This document shows, in pieces, positions 47,412 to 59,435 of a DNA stretch of 64,000 bases. The notes under the pieces are model-generated. The model saw only the letters and a list, made by a program, of their open reading frames with translations, had not been told where the DNA came from and did no database searches. Each line of letters opens with the position of its first letter. The first letter of the stretch is position 1. Source of the DNA: Octopus sinensis (Eukaryota). Location of the stretch: NCBI RefSeq assembly GCF_006345805.1, contig NC_043007.1, positions 14,136,001-14,200,000 on the forward strand, in the 5' to 3' direction. The translations under genes were made by a program, and so were the position numbers.

Positions 47412-48938
47412 ATGAACACAATGAGAACATTCAAACTCAGCTTCTTCTATTTAAGTCTATTATCAATAAACCAACAAAGCAAAGCTGATAATATACTTTT
47501 CCTTTCAATGCCCTGGTTCAGTCATGTTCAAGGCCAAATTCATACAGCGATGAAATTAAAGGCATATGGCCACACAAGTTACTTCTCATTGCCACCTAAA
47601 CTGATAACTGCTTTCAAGAATAAAGATGGTATTAAATTCATTCCTATTAAAGAAGACCAAAATGTAAGCAGATTTATTGAGTTAACTATGAAATACTTTT
47701 CAGTAAAGAAAGAAGGCAGCTGGTTTCAAATTAAACATCTGATACAAAATATGTGTGACAACTTCCTCTTAGACAATGATTGGTATCATTCTATAAAAGA
47801 ACTAAATGCCTCTTTCGCAATTGTAGATTCTATTTTCTTTAGTCAGTGTTTAGCTATTGTCCCATATAGGCTATCAATTCCATTTCTATTTCAAGGTCTG
47901 CTTTTTGGAGAACCTTTTTTGAGGCGAGTTCCTTGGAATCCAGCTGTGTTTCCACTTCTCAGTTCCCCACATTCTGATAAAATGACATTTTTCCAAAAGC
48001 TTAAAAACACTCTCTTAACATACAGCTTATATACCTTTTCCCCCTGGGCTCCCCCATCAAAGAGTGTCAAGGAATATGCCCCAGAAAAAAATGATATACC
48101 CTTTGAAAGCGTTTTGCGAAAAGCTCAGTTATTCTTAACTGAGAGTGATCTGTTACTGAGTTATCCAAAACCCAGTCTCCCTTCTGAAGTATTTATTGGT
48201 GGAATAGCAACTCATCCTGCATTGCCTCTACAAGGTGACATAAAGGAGTTTGTTGAAAGGTCTAAGCATGGAATCATCATTGTTTCCTTTGGAGGTTACA
48301 TAAGAGAGTTACCAAAAGAGCATATAGAGAAGATGGAGAAGGCTTTTAAAGAAATAAAGTATGATGTCATTTGGAAACAACCAGATTCAAAGCAATTAGC
48401 ATCAAACATCCTCATAAAACAATGGTTGCCACAAAATGATCTTTTGGGTCATCCAAAAACAAAACTCTTCATTACACATTGTGGAATAAATGGTCTATTT
48501 GAGGCGCTTTATCATGGAGTCCCCATTCTCGGATTACCAGTATTTGCAGATCAATTTCAAAATGGCCTTCAAATGCACGTAAAGGAATATGGAATTTCTA
48601 TGGATATATATAATTACAATAAAGATGAACTTGTATCAAACATTAACGAACTGATTGAGAATTCAAAATATAAAACTAATATAAAACTTGCCAGTGAAAT
48701 ATTTCATTCCCGTCCAGAACACCCAGCAGAAAGGGCTGCTCGGTATGTAGACCATGTGATAAAGTATGGCGGAGATTATTTAAGATCGCCCTCTCAAAAT
48801 ATGCCTCTTTACCAATTTCTCATGCTGGATATCTATGCTACATTTCTGGCTATAATCATAGCTGTTGTGTTGGTTGTTAAGTTTGTGGTTTCAAAATGTT
48901 ATCGATGTTGTTTTGCGAAAAAGGAGAAAACGGAATAA
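47412..48938 (+). CDS. UDP-glycosyltransferase, type 2 paralog, intronless CDS, ~508 aa
   Basis: ATG at 47412 downstream of a candidate acceptor tttgtttag. Has a signal peptide, FSHVQ, the signature WLPQNDLLGHPKTKLFITHCGINGLFEALYHGVPILGLPVFADQ, a TM helix and a KKEKTE (KxKxx) ER-retrieval tail. Confidence 0.95.
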   Translation: MNTMRTFKLSFFYLSLLSINQQSKADNILFLSMPWFSHVQGQIHTAMKLKAYGHTSYFSLPPKLITAFKNKDGIKFIPIKEDQNVSRFIELTMKYFSVKKEGSWFQIKHLIQNMCDNFLLDNDWYHSIKELNASFAIVDSIFFSQCLAIVPYRLSIPFLFQGLLFGEPFLRRVPWNPAVFPLLSSPHSDKMTFFQKLKNTLLTYSLYTFSPWAPPSKSVKEYAPEKNDIPFESVLRKAQLFLTESDLLLSYPKPSLPSEVFIGGIATHPALPLQGDIKEFVERSKHGIIIVSFGGYIRELPKEHIEKMEKAFKEIKYDVIWKQPDSKQLASNILIKQWLPQNDLLGHPKTKLFITHCGINGLFEALYHGVPILGLPVFADQFQNGLQMHVKEYGISMDIYNYNKDELVSNINELIENSKYKTNIKLASEIFHSRPEHPAERAARYVDHVIKYGGDYLRSPSQNMPLYQFLMLDIYATFLAIIIAVVLVVKFVVSKCYRCCFAKKEKTE

Positions 48939-49009
48939 ACAGAAGCAATGTTATTGTAACTGACTGGTGAGGCAATGAGCTGGCAGAATTGTTGCTATGC
49001 TGGACAAGA

Positions 49010-50193
49010 GTAAGTAGCATTAGAATCAACACCTTTTAGCCAACGAACTAGAAGTTTGTTTATTCCTGTAACATAAAAATGCGGAGTTCTGGGGCTGGTG
49101 AACACTTTGAATGTAATTTCAGCATCGGCTTGATTTTTGAACTCCCACAGTAAAATATCAAGGTGCTTATAAAAGTGGCAGGCAGTAGGAGAAAGGTCTG
49201 AGGAAATAACTGGGTGGGGAGGAACTTTGTAGCCAAGTTCCCTCAACTTCAGGAGTATCATTAGTGAAACATCTGGTCAAGCATAGCCTTGAAGAATGAT
49301 TGGCTCTCTTCTGTTGACCAGTCTGGGATGGAGGAGTAGCAGTTTTTCATTCAATTTACCGACTTCATGGCAATATGTTTCTGCAATAATGGTTTTTTCT
49401 GGTTTTTAAGAAGTTATAGTCGATAAGTCTAGCAGTACAGCACCAAACATTCTTTTTGAAGGGCTCAGGTTTAGAGAAGGTTTTCTGTGCTTCATTTTGG
49501 TCCAAACACTGTGAAGAACATTTTTTATAATTGTACAGAATCCTCTTTTCATCTCAAGTTACAAAATGGTTGAAAAATGGACAGCTCTAGCAACAAAGAA
49601 GTGACAAGCAAATTTCGTATCTGCGCATTTTCTGATTTTCATTCAAATCATGTGGTACCCATTTGTCAAGAATTTTGTGGTTTTCCAATCGCATGCAAAT
49701 GGTTGCAGGCAGTTTCCTGGCTAACTGGAAGTTCTTTTGCCAGTTCTTGAGTGGTTTTATGTGGATCTTTCTCAATGACTGTCTTTTATTGACCATCATC
49801 GATGACAGCTGGGCATCCATTATGCTCGCAATCTTCAAAGCTCAGGTTTCCACCAATAGATCGGTTAAACCATTTTCGAGCTGACCACTCACTGGTCATT
49901 TCCTCACCAATCATTTCTTTGATATTGCAAGCAGTTTCAGCTGCTTTACGTTCTTGTTTGAAGTTGAATTGCAAAATTATTTGAACTTCACACTCTGACA
50001 GTTCCATTTCAGATGATTGTAACAACAGTGAAAAGTATATCACTGTAAATTTATTGATGCATTTGGGCAATTCTATGTCTGTATTATCAGACAGTTGCAA
50101 AAAAAAATGTTTAAAAAGAAATTCAGAACTCTGCAAATATATGGTACAAATTCTTCATGGTTCAAGACGTTGCTTACTTTTTACTCAACCTGA
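49010..50193 (-). mobile_element. Degenerate mariner (cecropia/Hsmar1-like), one TIR retained
   Basis: MELSECEVQIILQFNFKQERKAAETA, DKWVPHDLNENQKMRRYEIC, SDLSPTACHFYKHLD and FYVTGINKLL motifs. TIR tcaggttgagtaaaaagtaa ends at 50193 next to TA. The 3' end is lost at 49010. Confidence 0.9.
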
Positions 50194-50234
50194 TAAAATG
50201 GAATAGGCAAAACTTTACTACTACTGCTATTACT

Positions 50235-50462
50235 TATTTCTTTACTGCCTACAAGGGGCTACACACAGAGGGGAAAAACAAGGAGAGACAAACGGATTCA
50301 GTCGATTATATTGACCCCATTGCGTAACTGGTACTTATTTAATCAACCCCGAAAGGATGAAAGGCAAAGAAGACCTCGGCGGAATTTGAATTCAGAACGT
50401 AGCGACAGAGGAAATACCACTAGGCATTCCGCCCAGCATGCTAACGTTTCTGCCAACCCGCC
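50235..50462 (-). mobile_element. SINE (same family as the 1184-2125 units)
   Basis: Reverse complement of ggcgggttggcagaaacgttagc...agtaaagaaata. Confidence 0.85.
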
Positions 50463-51710
50463 TACTACTACTATTTCTACTACTACTATTACTACTACAA
50501 ATACTACTAACTCTACCACTATCACTACTACTGTGACAAATACAGCTACCAGCTGGTTACATGTAACATTAGCTATACAATATCAAGTCACAGTTGTGCC
50601 AAATGTATTCAGACAACATTTATGTATGTGTGGAGAACTGTTGTGCCTCAGTTCTGCATATATTTGTCACCCCTGCAGTGACCCCCTTCTACACTTTTCT
50701 CAATCTTCTACCAATGTAGTAACCCTACACAAGAGGATTTGTTACTTATTCTGTCAGTCTGCTGTGCTGAACCACTAAGTTACAGGGTCAGACACAAATA
50801 CAGAGACACACGCCTCATACATATATTCATACACACACACGTGTGTGTTTGTGTATAAAAACATATGAATTCACATGTTCAACTATTTTTGTTCTATTTA
50901 CAGTTTGTTTTATTTCATTGGTTTTCAATCAACCAACCGTAACCGAGACAAAGAAATTCAAAAAAATTATTAACCAATTAGATTAAGTAAATGATTAAAA
51001 AATAATCCCTCCTCAATCCCCGTAAGATTTAAACTACTCCAATATTAATAAACAATGGAGAAGATAGATTACCACATTCCTCTCTTAGTCTGCGAATTAT
51101 CTTACATTCAAAAACATATAATACGTGTGTACATATTAGTATGTTTAAATGGAAAGACGGAGATGTACTCGCATAGCAAGTGATTTGATCTGAGATCGTG
51201 TGCTGGAACGAAAACAATTGCAGCGTGAAAGGTGTTTGTAAGCCATTTAAGAAACACACAAAAGCCGTTCAATTCACTTCGACATTTAAGTTTAATTTGT
51301 CAAATTTCTTTAAATGGAAAGAAAAATATTTATATGTGTATATATATATATATATATATGTTTGTGCATATATGTATGTGTGCATATGTATATACATGCG
51401 TTACTCGTGTGTATGCAGAATAATTTTGACGTAACTGTAATATTTGTATGATATATTGATATATTAACTGTAAAATTTATATCCTTATTACTTTCATGAA
51501 TATCTGTTTATATATTATATTATATTCTATATTTTATATACTATATATTGTGAATAACAGAATAAATCAAATATTAATAATAATTATATTAGTAATAACT
51601 GAATATTAGATATGCTTATGGATGTAGATGTGTATATATATTTCAGTATGTATAAGTAGTAATGTATCACTATATATGTATGTATATTTATATATATCTA
51701 TATATATATA

Positions 51711-51741
<31 letters not shown>

Positions 51742-52165
51742 ATACAAATGTTTGTGTATTTTGTTTATTTCATGTATATATTTATATTTATTATTATAAC
51801 TTAACATTTGTACTTTATAATCTCTGACGGAGCCTAGAGATATATACAAATACCTCATGTTCATCTACCTACTACCTCAATCCACTTGAGTAATATAGGT
51901 AGAATGAAGTATTTTTATCTATTGGCTGAAACAGCTGTAAGTCATTTTACCAATTTATATTCATGTTTTTGATAATAATTACTGGTATCCATATATATTA
52001 CTATATTTTATATCTTATATGTAAAGAATAATATGCTATATGTATGTATGTTATTATAATTATCAGTTTCATAAATAAGTTAACATTTTAATGTCCAAAA
52101 GTTGAATGAACCACCTATTGTTCTCCTCCATTTTCTTATTTGCTATATATATATATATATATATT

Positions 52166-52214
<49 letters not shown>

Positions 52215-52219
<5 letters not shown>

Positions 52220-52777
52220 CAGGAAGTAAATAGACACCTTTAATTTTCAAAATCTTTTATTTGAAATTAATTGGTTGAAGGTGAGGTTTTCTCCTAGCTG
52301 CTCATCCATAATACCCAAGCTTATGCAAATATGTAACACACGTTCTTGGATTAACTTCTAGCTGCTTTGCAATGACAGAAGCCTTCAAACGCGATTCGCT
52401 TTCCACAATTCTCTTCAAACAGCGAAGCTTCCTTTCCGAGGGCCCAGGTCAGCTGGGACAAGAATCTATTGATTCTTTTCCTTGGCTTTTGAATTGCACT
52501 ATAATTCTATTAACAGTAGCAAGCGGAATTTGAAGATTTTCAGCAATTCTTCGCTGGCTAAAACCAACCTCAGATAGCCCAACCATACGACCTCTTTGAA
52601 AATCTGACACTTCTGCTGAATGTTTTTTGTGCATGGCATGGTAACAAATGTTTAATATAATGGTACCTGGAATGTAAAAGAATAATTACACTGTATATTC
52701 TACACCTCTGATAACATATAAAGAAGATTAGATCAGAAAGTTTGGAAATTAAAGGTGTCTATTTACTTCCTGCATGT
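52215..52777 (-). mobile_element. Internally deleted Tc1-like element retaining both TIRs and the N-terminal DNA-binding region
   Basis: TIRs acatgcaggaagtaaatagacacctttaatt / aattaaaggtgtctatttacttcctgcatgt. Coding remnant [24 protein letters not shown]...LHKLGYYG*AARRKP; no DDE domain. Confidence 0.88.
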
Positions 52778-53079
52778 CTGTATTCTTTCTATTCTTTTCT
52801 TTTATTCTTTTACTTGTTTCAGTCATTTTGACTGCGGCCATGCTGGAGCACCGCCTTTTAGTCGAGCAACTTGACCCCGGGACTCATTCTTTTTGTAAGC
52901 CCAGTACTTATTCTATTGGTCTCTTTTTGCCGAACCGCTAAGTGACGGGGACGTAAACAACCCAGCATCGGTTGTCAAGCAATGCTAGGGGAACAAACAC
53001 AGACACACAAACACAAATATATTTTTTTATTTTTTTTTATTTGAGGGAATATAAATCTATTTACTTCCTGCATGCCTGT

Positions 53080-53112
<33 letters not shown>

Positions 53113-53489
53113 TTTATTATTATTTGAGGGAATATAAATCCAAACTTACAGGGAAAAAAAATTCAATATAGGAATACCAAATCAAATTTCACACAATTAT
53201 AATAAATATATATGAAAAATTAGAAAAAAACCACCTTTTATCAATTCATAATGAACAATTAAATTACACCATCTAGAAAATTACATAGAGTAGAAATATT
53301 AAAATAACAATGAAAAAACAATAAAATATCAATGATTAAGTAAATTGCAAAAAAAATAATAAAAACGTATATAATTGGTAGAATAAATATACACTAGATG
53401 TGTCTGTGGCCCATTGGGTCTCAACCATTACACGTCGAAAATGTCATGCGCGGCGGCAAAGGAAAAAATATTATTTAACTTTTGCTCTC

Positions 53490-55810
53490 CCTGCTGGCAT
53501 GGTTCAGACACTTTGACTGGAGCTGATGAGCCAAGGAACTGCACCAGGTTCCTGCCAGATTTTGGCATGGTTTCTACAGCTAGGTGCCCTTCCTAGTGCC
53601 AACCACTCAAGGTATATAAATGGATGCTATTCCATGCCACTGGCACGGGTGCCATTTACATGACATTGGCATCGACCATGACCATGATCCACGGGTAGGT
53701 GCCATTTATATGGAACCAGCAATGATCACAACTACAATGCATGGTTGGCATTTAGGGGGCACCGACAGCAAGAACAACCACAATTACAATTCACTGGTGC
53801 CTTTTACATGGCACTGGCAACGACCCCGACTACGGTGCACAGGTGCAATTTACATGGCACCAGGAAGGCCTCAACTACGATTTCACTTAACACAACATAT
53901 TGCCAGAGCTCTCAGTCGCTTGTCGTCATTTCCGAGAGGCCTAACGTTCGAAGATCATGCTTCCTCACCTCTTTCCATCTCTTTCTGTGTCTACCTCTTC
54001 CACAGGTCCCTCCACAGCTAGAGATTGACCCTTCTTTACACATCTGTCCTCGTCCATATGCATCAAATGACCAAACCAATGCAGCCGTCGCTCTTACACT
54101 CCACAATCTTATTTCTTTATTGCCCACAAGGGGCTAAACATAGATGGGACAAACAAGGACAGACAGAGGGATTAAGTCGATTAGATCAACCCCAGTGCGT
54201 AACTGGTACTTAATTTATCGACCCAAAAAGAATAAAAGACAAAATCGACCTTGGCGGAATTTGAACTCAGAACGTAAAGACAGATGAAGTACCACTAAGC
54301 ATTTTGCCCTGTGTGCTAACGTTTCTGCCAGCTCGCTGCCTTCATTGTGTGTGTGTGTACACTCTGTCGTACACACACTTTCACATTGCACATCCAGCGA
54401 AGTATGCTAGCTTCATGTCTTTCAATCCTTCTTGGCAGTCACAACCCATCTTTCACTGCCATGTTGCATAGCTGTTCATACACAGGCATCATACAGTCTT
54501 TCTTTCACTCAGAGGGAGCGGCGCTTGTTACCATCAGATGTAGGAGCAATCTGAACTTTGTTCATCCTATTTTTATTCTCACGGCTACACTCTCGGAGCA
54601 TCCACCTCCCCTATTGACTTGGTCACCTAGATCAGTGCTTCTCAAAATAACTGATGTGGCATACCAGCATTTTTCCCCCAATGTGCCAGGGACCAGTTAT
54701 ATTTCTTAGTAATATTAATTTATACTGGAAACGATATAATAAATATAATAACAGTTTATTCATTTTATATTTATATATTTTATATTATATATTTTATATA
54801 TATATATATTTATATATTTTATATAATATATTTATTTTTTATTTTATATTTATTTTTTTATTTTATATTTATTTTGTAAATAAATAATACAATATTCCAT
54901 AAGCATTTTATAAAGTTTCTTTTCTGAACAAGCCACGTACTGGCAGCTGATGGCTCATGAACCGGTGCCGGTCCACGGAGCACCACTTTGAGTTGCACTG
55001 ACCTAGATAATGGAAGCTATCAGCTACCTCTCGCTTACCCATGTGCCATTTGATGGAGTCTATTTTCTATACATTTGTGGTGTCTATTGTACCTGTGCAC
55101 CTTCCCCCCCAAAAAACTGTTTTCCTTAGTGGTGCCGAGCTGGCAGAAACATTAGCACACTGGGCAAAATGCTTAGCAGTATTTCATCTGCCGTTACGTT
55201 CTGAGTTCAAATTCCGCCGAGGTCAACTTTGCCTTTCATCCTTTCGGGGTCGATTAAATAAGTACCAGTTACGAACTGGGGTCGATATAATCGACTTAAT
55301 CCGTTTGTCTGTCCTTGTTTGTCCCCTCTGTGTGTAGCTCCTTGTGGGCAGTAAAAGAATAAGAAATGTTAAAACGCTAGGCGAAATGCTTAGCAGTACT
55401 TCATCAGTCTTTACGTTCTGACTTCAATTTCCACTGAGTTTGACTTCGTCTCTCATCCTTCTGTTGGTCAATAAATTAAGTATCAGTTGCATACTGGGGA
55501 AAGTAAGCTGGGATTAGACCGTCGTGAGACAGGTTAGTTTTATCCTACCGATAGTAGCTCGGCGCCACTAAGGAAAACAGCTGGCACCCTCCCCAAGATT
55601 TCAGGCCTTGTGCCTAGAGTAGAAAAAAAAACTGTTTTCCTTTTTCACCTTCCTCTGATATTGCTGCACCTCTTATGTGTCCATAGCTTACACCTGGTAC
55701 ATCCTATGCAGTTTATACCTATGCCTTTTCTACAGATCAAGAAGGGCCATCTACCTGAGGGGATTTATGATTTGTCCACTTTCCTACCTACAAGGACTTT
55801 GGCCTTTGGT
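53490..55810 (-). mobile_element. Degraded RTE with nested SINEs and hAT MITE
   Basis: LVWSFDAYGRG...CGRGRHRKRWKEVRKHDL at 53912-54127, a SINE at ~54114-54345 and a MITE at 54633-55000. Confidence 0.75.
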
Positions 55811-56471
55811 TTTGGCATTTTATTATATGTAAGAAAATCCCTTCATCATAACCATCAACAGTAGCAGTCCTGGTAATAGTTGTAATGGTAGCAGTTGTAA
55901 TTGTGGTGTTGGTCGTGGTGGAGGTGGTAGTAGTAGGTATAGCAGGAGTGGTGATTATAGTAAGTGTAGTAGTTGTTAATATTAATGAATAACTGTGGTG
56001 GTGGTAGTAGTGGCAATTCTAATGGTAATAGTTGCAGCAGCAGCAGCAGTTGGAATAGTCTTAATTGTAATAGTAGTAGTAGTAGTAGTAATTGTGGTAA
56101 TGGTGGTGGTGGTGGTAGTAGTAGTAGTAGAAGCAGTAGTGTTGGTGGTGGTAATCTTAGCAGGGGCAGTGGGTTACGTTAACAGTGTTGGTGGTGGTTG
56201 CATTTGTAGTTGTAGTGACAGTGGAGGTAGTTGTTGGCCATGGGAATATGAACACAGGTTCAGGCTCATCCTGGAGGAGGGGGGGGCGTAGGGTGTGTGT
56301 GTGCTAAATCTGGTTTCAAGTTACAGGTTTCAAGTTTTGTTACAAGGCCAGCAATTTCAAACCCTTACCCTAACCTTCAAAACAAGATAACAAAACTGCA
56401 TGCATGAATGAATGACATTTGCAACGATCAGGTGATATCAAGACAAAGTAACACAGGTGTACACACATATG

Positions 56472-56541
<70 letters not shown>

Positions 56542-57076
56542 TACACACATCAGAAACAGGTGTGGTTTTGTGGTCTCAAGTCTTTATGCTGGTACACCAC
56601 AGATCTGAATGTTGAATTTCATGAGCTTCGGGCAACAGAATTACATATCAACCATTCATTTAACTTCATTTGGAAACATCCAGTAGGTAAGAATTTCCAT
56701 TCCATCTGACATCTCTTTTTATATTTTTGCATTATTTGTCCCATTTTTAGAAATGTCATCATCATCATCATCATCATCATCATTGTTTTAATGTCCACTT
56801 TTCCAGGCTTACTTGGCTCAGATACAACTTACTGAAGCAGGTTCTCCTGTTGCCAAACCTTGCCTGTTTTCCAGCAATGGTGTTGCTTGTATGACAATGG
56901 CACTTGTTTACAACACACTGTCAAATCAAAGAAATGCAAACACACACATATACACTTATTATTGTTTGTGTGTGTGAGACAGACAGACAGACAGGCTTCT
57001 TTAGGTTTCCATCAACCAACTCGACTCACAAGGCTTTCAGCCCTAAGCTATAGTAGAAACATTTGCCCAACATGTA

Positions 57077-57131
<55 letters not shown>

Positions 57132-57196
57132 ATATATATATATATATAATATATATATATATATAATATATATGTATATATATATATATATATATG

Positions 57197-57233
<37 letters not shown>

Positions 57234-57570
57234 GTATATATATATATATATATTATATATATATATATTATATATATGTATATATATATATATTGTATAT
57301 ATATATATATGTATATATATATTATATATATATATTATATATATGTATATATATATAATATATGTATATATATGTATATTATATATATATTATATATATG
57401 TATATATATGTATATATATGTATATATATGTATATATATAATATATATATATATATGTATATATATATGTATATATATATGTAATATATATATATATGTA
57501 TATATATATATTATTATATATATATATATTGTATATATATATATTATATATTATATATATATATACATAT

Positions 57571-57658
<88 letters not shown>

Positions 57659-57670
57659 CATATATATATG

Positions 57671-57728
<58 letters not shown>

Positions 57729-57743
57729 TATATATATATATGT

Positions 57744-57776
<33 letters not shown>

Positions 57777-59394
57777 TATATACATAATATATATATATTA
57801 CATATAATAAAATGACTGTCACTGATAAAAGGAGGCTAACACAACAAACGGATTGGAAGTTTAGTGACAGCAAAGATAACCACACACTCGCACACACAAA
57901 CACACATTCACTGACATATGCACATATATATACGTTCACGTACATACATAAATACACATACATACAACTTTTGCTTGATATTTTCACAAATCGTTTATGT
58001 ATATTTTGTGTATGCGTGTGAGTGTGTATGTATTGTATATGCATATTTGTGTATGTATGTATATTTTTATATGTTTGTATAGGTCTGTGAGAGGGTGGAG
58101 ATGTACAATAAGCATCCCACCCCATTTGGTTTTGTTTGTTTTTTTTTGTGGGTGTTTTACCTACAGATTCCGATGCTTTCGTTTTTCACTTTTTATGAGA
58201 AGTTTTTTTCTGGGTGGAATTCACATAAATACGGAAATTATGATTCGTGAATATTCCCGCCAACATTCCAGATGTTTTAAACTCGTTCGCTCATTTGCGC
58301 TTGTGTAGGAGATTTTCAAATACAGCATGAAGTTACACTTAGAAGGTCTCTTCACATGCTAGAAATAACAGCCAAATCTCTTGAATTTTTTAATAACATA
58401 TAGACAAAAACGAAAATTGCAGCTGTAAAAAAAATTGGGATCTTTTGGCTGCTGCTGTGGAAATTTCAAAGTTTATTGAAAATTTTATAATTTGGTGTAT
58501 TGATGTAGTTTTCCAAGCTGAATCTCAGGAGATATTTCACTTTTACTAGAAAAAATGTTTTTAAAAGTTATAGAGATTTAAAGTTTGATAATTTTTGCCA
58601 AATCAGGAAATAGGATTTTGAAGCTGTCATTTTATGCGTCATATGTTTTAATATGAAACTGTAAATAAATCAACTTCTGCTTTATGCACAACATATAACT
58701 CTTCATTTTTTGAAATTTTCTGGAAATTTTTGTGAATTTGTATTTTACACCCAGGAATTCATACAATTAGGCAAAAACCAAAAAAAAAACTTGTGGGTGC
58801 ATGATTCACATCTCTTGACCAGGGTACAAGCAGCAGATGGGCACAAACAGCAGAACACAGCTTCGATGCATATGCTTTTGCATAGAATATATTTGTCAAC
58901 ACGTGCAATCTCGCAGACAAAAAAGTTCTCATGTTTGGCTTGTTACTATGGAAACAGGATGGGTCTTTTGGTTTGGTTGCCAGTTTTGGGAAAATTTTTT
59001 AATTTGGCACATTGATATACTTGCCCAAACTGAATTGCTGGAGTTATTTCACTTTTTCCAGAAAAATGTTTTTTAAAAAATTATAGAAATTTAAAATTTT
59101 GATCATTGTTGCCCAGACAGGAAACAAGATTTGGAAGCAGTCATTTTGTACCTGACTGCACATTTTGTCTTCAACATACTCAATTTTGCATGTGTTGTCA
59201 AGAAAGAATAAACAACTCCTAGGCGTAGGAGTGGCTGTGTGGTAAGTAGCTTGCTTACCAACCACATGGTTCTAGATTCAGTCCCACTGCATGGCACCTA
59301 AGGCAAGTGTCTTTTACTATAGCCTCGGGCTGTCCAAGGCCTTGTGAGTGGATTTGGTGGATGGAAACTGAAAGAAGATCGTCGTATATATGTA

Positions 59395-59435
<41 letters not shown>

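Larger units (their letters stand above)
41680..49008 (+). repeat. Duplication copy C (partner 54476-61888), containing a type 2 UGT
   Basis: Collinear at an offset of ~12.8 kb. The match ends at gctggacaaga, where the mariner begins in copy C. Confidence 0.9.
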
